In this document: positions 33,928-43,383 of the stretch, in pieces | How the letters are laid out: every line of letters begins with the position of its first letter | Numbering within the stretch: position 1 is the first letter of the stretch | Source of the DNA: a virus | Lineage: Duplodnaviria > Caudoviricetes | Length of the DNA: 52,693 nucleotides | IMG/VR virus record: IMGVR_UViG_3300012041_000006 | Location: 1-52,693 of that record | Direction: 5' to 3' (one strand) | The notes under the pieces: generated by a model | Seen by the model: only the letters and a program-made list of their open reading frames with translations | Database searches by the model: none | Told to the model about the DNA's origin: nothing | Translations under genes and position numbers: made by a program

Positions 33928-34495
33928 CTACGTCGTCCTCTCTTGTTTTGCTGCGCTTCTGCGTGTGCCTCTGCGTCCATTGCCATCGTGGCAATTTCGA
34001 TCCAGGCTACAGACCGTTCTAGCAGTTCCCATGGCATGCACTTGTAATACTGTGCTGCTCTGATTACGAGGTACCACTGAGGGATTTCTCCGGTAGCTCC
34101 TCCTGTGGCGAGGAACTTTCGGAGCTGTCGTCCTTCGGATCTTTTGGGCGCACATCATTCATCATGGATGCAAAGATGAACCCAAGGGCAGGAAGAGGAA
34201 CCAACCGCAAACCTTCTGTGGTTGCAGGAACCTTCTGCACCTCTCCTGTTGGATTGCCATCTTCATCTACAACATCCATCTCTAGATCCCAATCCACAAG
34301 AATCAGAGATAGCATGTCCAAGATAGCGCCCGCTTCTGAATTGTCTCTGATCCCTGACTGAACTGACTCCACCACGTCGATGGTGAGTTCTCCAGGCTTG
34401 TAGTCAATCCACATCTGGCCTGGCTCAAACCCATCTTCTTCCTTGAAGATGATATCCACGTGACGGACACCACCTTTGAGTGCTGCAACTTTCAT
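33918..34495 (-). CDS. Tail assembly chaperone, -1 frameshifted long form (gpGT-like)
   Basis: In-phase slippery C CCA AAA at 34148-34142; -1 frame reads RSEGRQLRKFL...YYKCMPWELL... to TGA at 33918-33920. Confidence 0.78.
34064..34495 (-). CDS. Tail assembly chaperone, short form (gpG-like)
   Basis: Lies between major tail and tape measure genes; LVDWDL motif. Confidence 0.8.
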   Translation of the reverse strand: MKVAALKGGVRHVDIIFKEEDGFEPGQMWIDYKPGELTIDVVESVQSGIRDNSEAGAILDMLSLILVDWDLEMDVVDEDGNPTGEVQKVPATTEGLRLVPLPALGFIFASMMNDVRPKDPKDDSSESSSPQEELPEKSLSGTS

Positions 34496-34520
34496 CTAGC
34501 TCTCCTTTTGCACCTGAAGG

Positions 34521-34727
34521 TTACTGATCAGTCGCGAGTAGCGTTGTCTCGTCTTTGCGCGACTCCTCCAACGGAACCTCAGGCGCTGAAAGTTCCGCAG
34601 GTTCAAACCCTTCCTCGGCCGGGAAGCGGTTCGGATCGTCTTCGTACCTCACACGATCCTCATCTGCAACTGGCGTAGACGCAGGCTCAGGTGCAGGCTC
34701 CTGGTACTCGTCCTCGTATTCACCCAT
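34521..34727 (-). CDS. Acidic low-complexity small protein
   Basis: 68 aa, E/P-rich; coupled to the major tail gene stop. Confidence 0.55.
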   Translation of the reverse strand: MGEYEDEYQEPAPEPASTPVADEDRVRYEDDPNRFPAEEGFEPAELSAPEVPLEESRKDETTLLATDQ

Positions 34728-35713
34728 TAGAGTGTAGTCTCCTTGTTAACTAGATTAATGTCGAAGCCCTTGCCCCACGCTCCGTCAAACACCATCTCAA
34801 ACGTCCACTCGATGGCATACACGCCATCCTCGTCCTGGAAGTCCCCAACCTCTCCGACCTTGACTGCTGCGTCAATCTCTAGAGAGTAGGGCTCAGTTGC
34901 TGCACCTGCGAGCTGAGGTGAGGTAGCAGAGATCTTGACGAACTTCGTATCCCCTGCCCTCATCTGCCCGAGCTGCGTCATTCCTTCAGCATCCGCCTCC
35001 ATCAGAAGCGTCAACTGTGCTGTCGGCTCAGACTCAACATGCGCTGCGAACGAGGCCAGCGTTGAGTTGAGAACCCACACAGGATTGAACCTGTCACCGA
35101 GTGTCCACGTTGCCTCCAGGACACGCAGCAACTTTGTCGTACCAAGAGCACCGAACGTAGGATCAAGGAACACGTCGATGTCTGTCGGAAGGATCGGGAG
35201 CTGGGGAGGCGTAACAGGTGCACCCGTGAGTGCAATGTTGTCAGAAAGCCTCTGACCGATCATTGCACCGCCGACCTCGATGCCATCCCTGTTGAATGTC
35301 AACTCAAGCTCTGTCACCAAGCCGTAGTTGAACTTGTGGGCACGAACCACACCACCCTGCTCCACTGTCATCGTCTTAACAGTGTCTTCTGCAGATGCAG
35401 CGGACGTGAAGTTCCACCTACGCGCTGACGTATCAACTGTCGTAGGTGCTCCAGGAGCCACAATGAGGGAGGAGAAGAACCAGAGGAGCTCTGTGTACGA
35501 ACCCACCCCTTCGATATCTGCCTCGACCCACTCCTTACCTGGAGTGACGATGGTGTTGTATTTGGAGCCCATCGGCCTGAACACGACAGGATCCATCTGG
35601 ACAGCGGGAGTGATCCCGATAGAGACAAACTTCTTGTTAGCTGCGACGTTCGTCCCCGGTACTGTCTCAATACCGACTTGAACGCCCTGAGTTAGAGACG
35701 ATCGTTCAGCCAT
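34727..35713 (-). CDS. Major tail (tube) protein
   Basis: 328 aa, beta-rich; QVGIETVPGT N-terminus; synteny; AAGGAGG RBS. Confidence 0.8.
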   Translation of the reverse strand: MAERSSLTQGVQVGIETVPGTNVAANKKFVSIGITPAVQMDPVVFRPMGSKYNTIVTPGKEWVEADIEGVGSYTELLWFFSSLIVAPGAPTTVDTSARRWNFTSAASAEDTVKTMTVEQGGVVRAHKFNYGLVTELELTFNRDGIEVGGAMIGQRLSDNIALTGAPVTPPQLPILPTDIDVFLDPTFGALGTTKLLRVLEATWTLGDRFNPVWVLNSTLASFAAHVESEPTAQLTLLMEADAEGMTQLGQMRAGDTKFVKISATSPQLAGAATEPYSLEIDAAVKVGEVGDFQDEDGVYAIEWTFEMVFDGAWGKGFDINLVNKETTL

Positions 35714-35771
35714 TACCTGTCCTCCTTAAGGGACTGGACCTCAGTATACGATCTACAAGAGCACTTCCTAG

Positions 35772-36188
35772 TCACGGAGCTTGCACCATAGTTCTGTAGA
35801 CACCCCCTGCATGGCGATACATAACGCCACTGTCCTCTGGTTCTAGTAGCGAGAAAGGTTCCATCCTCACACAGGAGAGAACAATGATGTTTGCTGTTGC
35901 ACCGTTCTTGTTATGAAGTGCTGTGTCAAGTGCATCTGCTAGTGGTACTATTGGAGAAATAAGGTGCCCCTCGTTGACGACAACGATGAGCCAGTCAAGG
36001 CGGACCATGATCCTTTCGCGCTCGTCACCAACTCCACGGATATCATGGCGCGACTGCACAGATGCTCTCACTGCCGGCAAATCCCTATCTGCAGGAATCA
36101 AATCCATGTAGAACTGCAAAGCGTTCGGAGGCACAATCGCCTCTACCTTCTCCCGAAGCCACTCTGCTGTGTGGAATTCCTCGTTCAT
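35772..36188 (-). CDS. Tail terminator/completion protein
   Basis: 138 aa immediately upstream of the major tail gene; synteny. Confidence 0.65.
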   Translation of the reverse strand: MNEEFHTAEWLREKVEAIVPPNALQFYMDLIPADRDLPAVRASVQSRHDIRGVGDERERIMVRLDWLIVVVNEGHLISPIVPLADALDTALHNKNGATANIIVLSCVRMEPFSLLEPEDSGVMYRHAGGVYRTMVQAP

Positions 36189-36535
36189 CAGAATTTACCG
36201 AACAGTCCTTTCCCCATCTCCAAGAAGTATTCGTCCCTGTGCTGGTCAATCGCCTTGGACAAGAAGAAGCGTGGACCCATCTTGTAGGTCCCGTACTCCA
36301 CGTAAGCTGCATACGATGCATCGAACCTGACTTCAGCCGTCTTGCCTGTCGCAATGGATACTGTACTTCCCGAGTTGCGAAGTTCACCTGTCACATATGG
36401 AGCATTTCTCTTCGCTGTTGTAAGGATCTTGTCTGCAGTTCGTTTAGGGACGGACCTGCTATTAGCCTCCACGAAGGCTATAAGAGCAGGAATGCGATTC
36501 ATAACCACAATGAATCCTCCGCCACCTCTAGCCAT
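36188..36535 (-). CDS. HK97 gp10-like neck protein
   Basis: APYVTGELRNS; YAAYVEYGT.KM.PRFFL. Confidence 0.85.
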   Translation of the reverse strand: MARGGGGFIVVMNRIPALIAFVEANSRSVPKRTADKILTTAKRNAPYVTGELRNSGSTVSIATGKTAEVRFDASYAAYVEYGTYKMGPRFFLSKAIDQHRDEYFLEMGKGLFGKF

Positions 36536-37035
36536 TAGACGAGTGACTCCGGCCTGACAACAATCAAAAGATCTGAACGGTAGTGCAGCCTAGTTGGCTC
36601 AGGCCCAGCCTCACGTCCATGTGAAGACCAGATTGACGCTGCTGCGCTACCATTCTTTCTACAGATTGTCACGTGTTTAGTGTTCCACAGAGATGAGCCA
36701 AAGATTGCGAGATCACCGACAAAGAAGAAATCACGATCCAGGGGCACATTTCTCTTCTTGTTGTGAGACAGCAAGGTTCCAGTGTAACCGTATCCGTTGT
36801 AACCCATACCATTGGGGTCACGCACCGGGAACACTGTGTACCTGTCTGCCCAGAAAAGTGCAGACGTCACGTACCCAGAACAATCAGCTGACCACTCCTG
36901 TCCAGGTGACATGCCAAGATGAGTCATCGGACGATTCTGTGAGTAGTGGATGCGGCCACGTGTGTTCTCACACCTCTCACAGTACCTGCGGATGAGATCT
37001 CGTGCAATCTTCTTTTCAGTCGGACTCAGCATCAT
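36535..37035 (-). CDS. NlpC/P60-family cysteine peptidase (candidate endolysin)
   Basis: HYSQ.R; ADCSGYV; GYTGTL; GDLAIFG; HVTIC; SHG. Confidence 0.8.
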   Translation of the reverse strand: MMLSPTEKKIARDLIRRYCERCENTRGRIHYSQNRPMTHLGMSPGQEWSADCSGYVTSALFWADRYTVFPVRDPNGMGYNGYGYTGTLLSHNKKRNVPLDRDFFFVGDLAIFGSSLWNTKHVTICRKNGSAAASIWSSHGREAGPEPTRLHYRSDLLIVVRPESLV

Positions 37036-37162
37036 CGTCCTCTTCCTGACCTGGTGCGTCTTCTATCTCTGTGGGAGTGACCTTGGTAGGCACCATCTCT
37101 GTGCCTTCTTTGGCCTCCTGGTCGTCCCCTTCATCTCTTGGTGCCTCTGTAAGGATTGGCAT
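37016..37162 (-). CDS. Small acidic protein
   Basis: AAGGAG RBS; MPILTEAPRDEGDD. Confidence 0.45.
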   Translation of the reverse strand: MPILTEAPRDEGDDQEAKEGTEMVPTKVTPTEIEDAPGQEEDDDAESD

Positions 37163-37172
37163 TTTCTCTCCT

Positions 37173-37559
37173 TTAGATGTGATGCTCACCCAACGAGGTT
37201 GCAATCAGCATTCTCTCAACCTCGTGTGTCTCAGGCGCCATCACTGCTGTCACCCGCATGTGCTCATTACCCTTTGACCAGATAATGAGATGATCACCTA
37301 CACGCACATCAGTACCTGAAGGCACGTACACGATGAACGAGGTAGCAGCCCTCTCCGCACTAAACATCTGGATTGTCTGCTCGTGACCAGCACCTGTCTC
37401 TACAGTGCAGGAGATCGAGTCGTGCACCATTGCCTCTGTTCCACCTGAACCACCGTAGGGATCATCTACAGTTGTCGTCCTGTAGATGTCACACCTGTCA
37501 GGCATCCATACAACTGCCTCTTCTTGGAGGAGACCTAGTTCCTCAGCAGTCAGCGACAT
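37173..37559 (-). CDS. Head closure (stopper) protein
   Basis: MPDRCDIYR...DPYGG...PSGTDVRVGD; synteny. Confidence 0.7.
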   Translation of the reverse strand: MSLTAEELGLLQEEAVVWMPDRCDIYRTTTVDDPYGGSGGTEAMVHDSISCTVETGAGHEQTIQMFSAERAATSFIVYVPSGTDVRVGDHLIIWSKGNEHMRVTAVMAPETHEVERMLIATSLGEHHI

Positions 37560-37944
37560 AAGAAGAGTTCCAGTTGTTAGGAATGTCCTCAAGCCTGCTA
37601 CCTGACTCAGACGCGAGCCTGATAGCACTGAGTTGTGCTTTACCCATAAACTTGCGGTGGAGTTCCATGCAGTGCTCGTAGAACATGTTTCGGGAGAACA
37701 TCTTTCCACCTGCCATGAACAGGTAGCGGTTAGCAAGTCGGGTGGACTTGATCAACCACGCTTGAGCTACAGCGTAATTGGCATCATACGTGTCTTCCCA
37801 GCCTACTGTATCTGGCCGCACACCATTGATATCCAGGCGTCTCGACATATCAAGGATCACCTGGATATCAGCCTCACCCAGGACAGGCTCAGTGTTCAGA
37901 TCACCGAACGTACTGAGCCTGGCCCGGGTGGAAGCTTCGTTCAT
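37543..37944 (-). CDS. Head-tail connector/adaptor protein
   Basis: 133 aa; YDANYAVAQAW..K; synteny after the capsid gene. Confidence 0.65.
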   Translation of the reverse strand: MNEASTRARLSTFGDLNTEPVLGEADIQVILDMSRRLDINGVRPDTVGWEDTYDANYAVAQAWLIKSTRLANRYLFMAGGKMFSRNMFYEHCMELHRKFMGKAQLSAIRLASESGSRLEDIPNNWNSSYVADC

Positions 37945-38207
37945 GATTCTGGTGCTGACTTCTTCGACTTCTTCACACTGGAGTCAGCTGCATGAGGCTG
38001 TTCTGGTTTCTCTGCTGCCTGACCACCTGCTGCAGGATTCATGAACTGCTTGTTTGCCTCTGCCTGATGTGCAGCGAGCTCCTCAGGATCGAGGTCCTTG
38101 TCGCCACCAAGCGATGCTCCATCACTTGGAACGTAACCGAGTGCCTCCTCGATGTCTTTCTTCGCCTGTACCTGACTCTGTCCTAGGTCTTCTACCTTTT
38201 CGGGCAT
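37941..38207 (-). CDS. Hypothetical protein
   Basis: 88 aa with AGGAG RBS; coupled to the next gene. Confidence 0.6.
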   Translation of the reverse strand: MPEKVEDLGQSQVQAKKDIEEALGYVPSDGASLGGDKDLDPEELAAHQAEANKQFMNPAAGGQAAEKPEQPHAADSSVKKSKKSAPES

Positions 38208-38387
38208 CTAGTTCTCCTGACCTTTGATCCGTCCCCGACTCGTCAGTGGTGCCCAGAACTTCTTTGTCCGAGCAGCACGTGACGGGTCCGGAGTGAGTTT
38301 CGCCTGCAGTTGACGCTGGAACTCCTCACGACGTTCCTCCGCCGCAAGGTGTTCCAGCGCCTTCTGCTCTTCTTCCGTCAGTGCCAT
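38208..38387 (-). CDS. Hypothetical protein
   Basis: MALTEEEQKALE...; start inferred. Confidence 0.5.
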   Translation of the reverse strand: MALTEEEQKALEHLAAEERREEFQRQLQAKLTPDPSRAARTKKFWAPLTSRGRIKGQEN

Positions 38388-38389
38388 CG

Positions 38390-38620
38390 TTACCCGAGGT
38401 GCATGGACCTCGTGAGACGGTGCACTGCTTCTGTGCGCTTCGACAGATCTGCCTGAGCAGACGTAGATACGAGAGCACAACCTGCAGCAAGGAACCCGTA
38501 TGCATCAGCCGTCGTGTCGTCAAGCGCGAGCACTGTCGTCTTACGAGCGACAGCAACCTGTGCATTGACGGTGACGTTTGCTGCTGTCGGGTTTGCAATT
38601 GCAACGTTGACTACAGCCAT
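38390..38620 (-). CDS. Small Ala/Val-rich protein (possible virion protein)
   Basis: 76 aa just downstream of capsid and endonuclease genes. Confidence 0.55.
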   Translation of the reverse strand: MAVVNVAIANPTAANVTVNAQVAVARKTTVLALDDTTADAYGFLAAGCALVSTSAQADLSKRTEAVHRLTRSMHLG

Positions 38621-38985
38621 TAAGCCACCTTCCTTTGTTGAGCTTCCTCAATGAAAGCAAGGCATTCTTCTGCCTTACCCTGCCTTCTCTGACCAAACTG
38701 AAACATCAGAAGTTTCAACACTCGACATACAGTTTCTCTTGAACCTGTGTGCCATGTGTAGCAAGGCTTGCAAAGTTCTCCATTCTTCTTAGGATACCTT
38801 TTATCGGCGTAGATCTCTCCACAACCAACAATGCTTTGAAACCTCTGAAGAACATCTTGGTCAGTGGAAGACACTCGCAAGGCTTGTGAAGGCCACGGAT
38901 ACTTAAGGGTGCCTCGGTAGAGGTAAATTGTACCTTCACCCCCAAACAGGCCTGCTGCCCAAGCGATGTCTTCCTTAGATGGCAC
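38620..38985 (-). CDS. Free-standing LAGLIDADG homing endonuclease
   Basis: IAWAAGLFGGEGTI; STDQDVLQRF..IVG.G; AT-rich. Confidence 0.8.
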   Translation of the reverse strand: MPSKEDIAWAAGLFGGEGTIYLYRGTLKYPWPSQALRVSSTDQDVLQRFQSIVGCGEIYADKRYPKKNGELCKPCYTWHTGSRETVCRVLKLLMFQFGQRRQGKAEECLAFIEEAQQRKVA

Positions 38986-39920
38986 TAGGGAGCTCTCAAC
39001 ACTGCGAACGGATACCTATTGGCCTCCGTCAGCTGCTCATAGTTGATGGGGTTCGGGACCTGCCACGCATACCTGGCGACCACACGCAGAGCAACCATGT
39101 CCTGCTGGGCCAGGTTGTAGACAATTGCACCAACGTTGTCCTGGATGACTGCTTCTGTCAGGATCTTGTAGGTGATGTCTTGCCGAACTGCGAGGATCCC
39201 CTGGGTCCAGTCACCGGCGAACATTTCCGCCGAACCGACACCCGAAGGCCACAGGCCGGGCATTGCGTAGATCAGAGGCGAACCCTCGATGGACGAGTTG
39301 CTCACGTCGAGGAGCTTCTGACCTGTCGTGTCACGGGCAGAACGGAGACGCGCCTTGTACGTCGTCCGTGTCACAAACCCGTTAGGATCAAACCCATCCG
39401 CCTCAAGGAGGCCCATGAGCTGGTTGAGGTCTTCTGCAATGCCACCCTGAGCAGCAGTCGCAGTACCTCGGTTGTACGTGTTACCAGCAGCGCTTGCTGC
39501 CGTTGCGATGTCTACGGGCCAAGAAGCCGGCTTGTTCGTCCCGAAGAAGATTGCAGCGTCAAGTGCGCGCCCAATTGCTTCCTCCAGACGAGGCCGAATC
39601 TCTCCCCAGACGTCGAACCCTGCATCGTCCAGAACCGCTTCCGGAATCGGGACGATGGCAGCGATCTCTTCCGCGAAGAGGAACTTGTTACCCCATGCCA
39701 TCTCAGTCGTCTGCTTCAGACCTGTGTCGCCGTTGACAAAGTATGCCGTCGGCAGCGCTGCAAGAACAGGCATCCGCTGCTGATTGGTGGACATTGTCAC
39801 ACGACGGAACAAGCGGAGAGCAGCAGACTGGTCAACCACGTTCTCGATGATCTCACGCGACACGTCCTCAGGGATGAGGGCGGTAACGTTAGATCGAGCG
39901 ATCAGGTTGTTATAAGCCAT
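38985..39920 (-). CDS. Major capsid protein (HK97 fold)
   Basis: [11 protein letters not shown]; AYFVNG; [14 protein letters not shown]; DAAIFFGT; GDW; [11 protein letters not shown]. Confidence 0.92.
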   Translation of the reverse strand: MAYNNLIARSNVTALIPEDVSREIIENVVDQSAALRLFRRVTMSTNQQRMPVLAALPTAYFVNGDTGLKQTTEMAWGNKFLFAEEIAAIVPIPEAVLDDAGFDVWGEIRPRLEEAIGRALDAAIFFGTNKPASWPVDIATAASAAGNTYNRGTATAAQGGIAEDLNQLMGLLEADGFDPNGFVTRTTYKARLRSARDTTGQKLLDVSNSSIEGSPLIYAMPGLWPSGVGSAEMFAGDWTQGILAVRQDITYKILTEAVIQDNVGAIVYNLAQQDMVALRVVARYAWQVPNPINYEQLTEANRYPFAVLRAP

Positions 39921-39941
39921 CTGTTGCCTCTCTGTTCCGGG

Positions 39942-40526
39942 TTACCGCCCTGCGGCTGCTCGCAGCATGGCGTTCATATCACCTGATGCAGTTTCACGAT
40001 CTCCGCCGGCACCTCCGTCACCTCCACCAGGAACCTTGCCAAGGAGAAATGGCTTCTCCTTCACCAGGGTGCGGAGTGACTCTTCAAGTTCACGCTCATC
40101 GTCAGGATCAGAGATCTGTTCCCAGTCGAGAAGACGGGCAGCGTCAGCGCGTGCTTCACGCACGATGCCAACGCGAGATGCGAGTACTTCCACCCGCAAC
40201 TTCCTGACCGCTTCTCTTTCTGACTTCAGGTCCTGCTCGGCCTTCACTGCTCGATCACGCTCCTTCTGGAGGTCCGTCTTGTCCTCATCCTCACGAGACT
40301 GCAGCGCATCCTGAGCTTTGCGGAGTTCCCTACGGTACTTCGCAGCCTCACGATTCACCTTCGCAAGTTCGGATCGTGGAACTAGATCATCTTGGCTACC
40401 TGAGCCTGTGTCGCCCCCCGGGGGCGTATCCTCGCCCTGACCATCATCGTCAGGATCCGGATCGTCTCCGCCGCCTGAACCACCTGGGTCATCTGTGCGG
40501 TAGAGAAAGAGTTGCCTCTTCTTCAT
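39942..40526 (-). CDS. Capsid scaffolding protein
   Basis: Acidic Gly-rich N-terminus; REAAKYR coiled coil; KPFL; MNAMLR C-terminus; directly before the capsid gene. Confidence 0.82.
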   Translation of the reverse strand: MKKRQLFLYRTDDPGGSGGGDDPDPDDDGQGEDTPPGGDTGSGSQDDLVPRSELAKVNREAAKYRRELRKAQDALQSREDEDKTDLQKERDRAVKAEQDLKSEREAVRKLRVEVLASRVGIVREARADAARLLDWEQISDPDDERELEESLRTLVKEKPFLLGKVPGGGDGGAGGDRETASGDMNAMLRAAAGR

Positions 40527-40554
40527 GGTACGTGCTCTCCTTCCTGCTTGTCAA

Positions 40555-40917
40555 CTACAAAGCACTTGCATTAACTGGGTGTAGTAGAATGATCACCCCT
40601 TTTCCGACTGTCTGGATAAGATCTGGATTTTGGTCCATCTTCTTCACTTTGGTGTCGTAGAGAAGTGCGCGACCCGTAAGGCCTGTGCAGTCACTTGGAG
40701 TCAACTTGACTTGACACCTGCCTGTGCCAGGATCTACATCCACAATTCCACCACCACCTCTGGTCACAGCAATAGCAGCATCAACGTCAGAGTCACTACG
40801 TGTGTACTTCGCTGTAAACCACACCTCATCACCAGTATCAAGATCCGTGTTGAGGTCAATCTCGTAGACGTTACTTTCGCCGACGACGAGTTCCAGAGTT
40901 GTTGTCAAAAGAGTCAT
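40555..40917 (-). CDS. BppU-N/Ig-like virion protein
   Basis: VWFTAK...G..QVKLTPSD..L....YD.K pattern. Confidence 0.6.
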   Translation of the reverse strand: MTLLTTTLELVVGESNVYEIDLNTDLDTGDEVWFTAKYTRSDSDVDAAIAVTRGGGGIVDVDPGTGRCQVKLTPSDCTGLTGRALLYDTKVKKMDQNPDLIQTVGKGVIILLHPVNASAL

Positions 40918-43319
40918 TCTACCTTCCTGATTGTAGAAGTGAGCCTCTCAGCACTCAATGTTCCAGAAGAGAGTGGGGCTGCTGTGGTGCCTGTTGTCCC
41001 CTCGATTTCGTAAATAACCGCTGTAACTGGGACCCAAGGTGTACCTACAGACACAACAGAAATATCTGTCACTAGTACAACACCATCTGAGCCTGCCACA
41101 CTCGCGATCAGGAGTACGAGATCTGTACCTGCACCAACCTCGATGACCTCAATGAATACAGTGCCAGGTACGACAACATCATCCCCTGTACCTGTATCTG
41201 AGAGTGGCATTGAAACAGATACAATTGCTGTGTCACTACCCACCCCTGCGTCTACTCCTGCGCGTGCCTCAACAGCTCCCACAAACGCTGCATCTACTCC
41301 CACTCCTGCATCTATTACTGCAGCAACAGCAACAAGTGCCGCGACGTCTTGAGTGCTAACAGGCGAGTCAACAAGGGTGTAGGTTGCGACATGGACTACG
41401 TCTTCCTGTGTCAGAGCGCCTGCGTCAACGAGAGACTGCGCAACATGTAGTGCTGCTGCGTCATCGCCTGTGCCTACATCGTCGTCTGTGACCTGAGCAC
41501 CGGCAACTGTGACAACTGCTATATCTGTGCCTGCGGCAGTGTCTGTGAGCGAGTACTGTGCAGTGAGTACTGATACATCTGCACCAGTTCCCTCATCAGT
41601 ACCAGTGAGAACATCCTCAGAGACAAGTGCTGCAACATCAGTACCAGTCGCGCTGTCTTCTGCCAATGCAAGTGCTACTAGCTGAACATCATCTGCCCCA
41701 GTACCTTCTTCTGTAACTGCATACGACTGTGAGACAACAGAGGTATCCGCTCCTACACCAGATTCCACAACCGCGTAAGCTTGCGCGAGGGTGGATGTGT
41801 CGTCCCCTGCCCCTGTATCAGTTACAGTGTGTGCTTGGTCGATAGAAGATGTCTCTGCCCCAGAGCCTGTGTCTGTAAGTGGGTAGTTAAAGAATGAGGA
41901 AGAAACATCATCGCCCAGACCAGCCTCAACAACAGAGAAAGAAATACCTACAGAAGAAACATCTGCCCCTGTTCCTGTATCTGTAGCAGAAGCACTAGCA
42001 ACAAGAGATGAATTGTCAGTACCTGCACCTGTATCTGTTGGTGCATAAACACTCATGAGTGTTAGTGTCTCTGTCCCCACCCCAGTATCTGTGACTGGAT
42101 AGTTACGGAACACAGAGGATACATCGTTACCTGTACCTGCCTCAACAAGTGCGTACTGAGCTGCTAGCCCTACGTTGTCAGTACCTGTACCTGTATCCAC
42201 TAGCGCACGTGCTAGAGCTGAAACTACATCAGCACCTACGCCTGCCTCTGTGCGGGGCAATGCCACTGTCTCAGAAGATGCATCTGTGCCTGCCCCTGAA
42301 TCAGTTGCGGATATAGGTGTTGTAGAAACTCCTTCTGGTATCTCTAGTGAGACCTCAGCAACCTCAAAGACAATTGCACCGCCACCAGCCGCATAACCCC
42401 AAATCCTGATTTCAAGATCTGAGTAATCTGTAATATCCTCTGCGTCTATCTCTGCAATTGCCAACTCATAGTTAGCAAGAGATGTCGTAAGTGCAGATGA
42501 CTCGAGGTCCCCAGACCTATTTGTTGCCCCCTCATAAAGAGCTACACGCATCTTCCCTGCACCTGAAGTGACACGGGCACGTATCTTAATCTTGTGCCCA
42601 GTTCGTACATCAGGCGTGTTACCTGAGGCAAGGGAGAGACGAGCAACAGCCGTCGAGGTTGGAGTCGGTACGGGGTGGATGACAATCGTCTGTGCCCGCC
42701 AGGCACCAGTGGCAATAGTGAATGTTCCAGGATCAGAGGTAGCGGTCGTAGAGGCGAGATGGGCTGTGGCGACCATGCCTGCGAGGTTTGAGCCAGCGGT
42801 GCCGCATGCCTTCTGGCGTAGCGACCCGAAGCCTGCAGGTGCAGCAGAGACCCAGGTGTCGTCGTCAGCTTCCTCACCAGCACGCCCGAAGCAAGCGATG
42901 GTGAGGATGTCTTTCGACCCGCCCGTGACTGACACAGATGGCGGGTTGGGGGTCGTGGAAGAACCTGTAGCCGTGGTGCCGACCTGTGGTGCTTGTGTGG
43001 CAAACGCTGCCTGCCCCGAAACCTCGTACACGATCCAGGCACCCCTCGTAGCCGAGGATAGGGTGAACGTAGTAGTGGCGCCCTCGGTGCCGTCGCACTC
43101 CTTGACCGCGATGTAGAGGCCAAGGACGATGGCCTCGTCCAGTAGCTCGTTCCACCCGGTCAAGGCGTTGACGGTGGGAGTCGTTCCGGCGGACCCCTTG
43201 CTCATGACCGCCACAAACATGTTCCCGGCGGTCCCTGCAGGCAGGTTGACGACGTGCGAGGTACTCGCCGTCGAGATAGCGGTCTCTGTGGGAGTGCCGA
43301 CTACTGCGGGAGAAGCCAT
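40914..43319 (-). CDS. Large virion protein with about 20 copies of an ~18-aa [DE]xGxGx[DE] repeat
   Basis: 801 aa; beta-rich N-domains then DTGxGxD repeats. Confidence 0.75.
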   Translation of the reverse strand: MASPAVVGTPTETAISTASTSHVVNLPAGTAGNMFVAVMSKGSAGTTPTVNALTGWNELLDEAIVLGLYIAVKECDGTEGATTTFTLSSATRGAWIVYEVSGQAAFATQAPQVGTTATGSSTTPNPPSVSVTGGSKDILTIACFGRAGEEADDDTWVSAAPAGFGSLRQKACGTAGSNLAGMVATAHLASTTATSDPGTFTIATGAWRAQTIVIHPVPTPTSTAVARLSLASGNTPDVRTGHKIKIRARVTSGAGKMRVALYEGATNRSGDLESSALTTSLANYELAIAEIDAEDITDYSDLEIRIWGYAAGGGAIVFEVAEVSLEIPEGVSTTPISATDSGAGTDASSETVALPRTEAGVGADVVSALARALVDTGTGTDNVGLAAQYALVEAGTGNDVSSVFRNYPVTDTGVGTETLTLMSVYAPTDTGAGTDNSSLVASASATDTGTGADVSSVGISFSVVEAGLGDDVSSSFFNYPLTDTGSGAETSSIDQAHTVTDTGAGDDTSTLAQAYAVVESGVGADTSVVSQSYAVTEEGTGADDVQLVALALAEDSATGTDVAALVSEDVLTGTDEGTGADVSVLTAQYSLTDTAAGTDIAVVTVAGAQVTDDDVGTGDDAAALHVAQSLVDAGALTQEDVVHVATYTLVDSPVSTQDVAALVAVAAVIDAGVGVDAAFVGAVEARAGVDAGVGSDTAIVSVSMPLSDTGTGDDVVVPGTVFIEVIEVGAGTDLVLLIASVAGSDGVVLVTDISVVSVGTPWVPVTAVIYEIEGTTGTTAAPLSSGTLSAERLTSTIRKVE

Positions 43320-43383
43320 CAGTCAGGTCTCCGTGCGTGTGCCGACTACTGCGGGAGAAGCCATCAGTCAGGTCTCCGTGCGT
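43294..43383. repeat. Perfect 45-bp tandem duplication spanning a stop/start junction
   Basis: GTGCCGACTACTGCGGGAGAAGCCATCAGTCAGGTCTCCGTGCGT at 43294-43338 and 43339-43383. Confidence 0.95.

Noticed and set aside
33928-34158. 76-aa ORF-track call as the second tail chaperone
   Set aside because: Wrong frame; the -1 frame ending at 33918 carries the chaperone-like sequence
38979-39986. 335-aa plus-strand ORF
   Set aside because: Antisense to the major capsid gene; no recognisable motifs
40525-40554. TTGACA-18-TACCAT on the minus strand as scaffold promoter
   Set aside because: The -10 overlaps the scaffold ATG and the spacer contains its RBS; probably coincidental
43294-43383. Possible CRISPR array or DGR template/variable repeat
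   Set aside because: Two adjacent identical copies, no spacer, no adenine-specific differences, no reverse transcriptase in the genome
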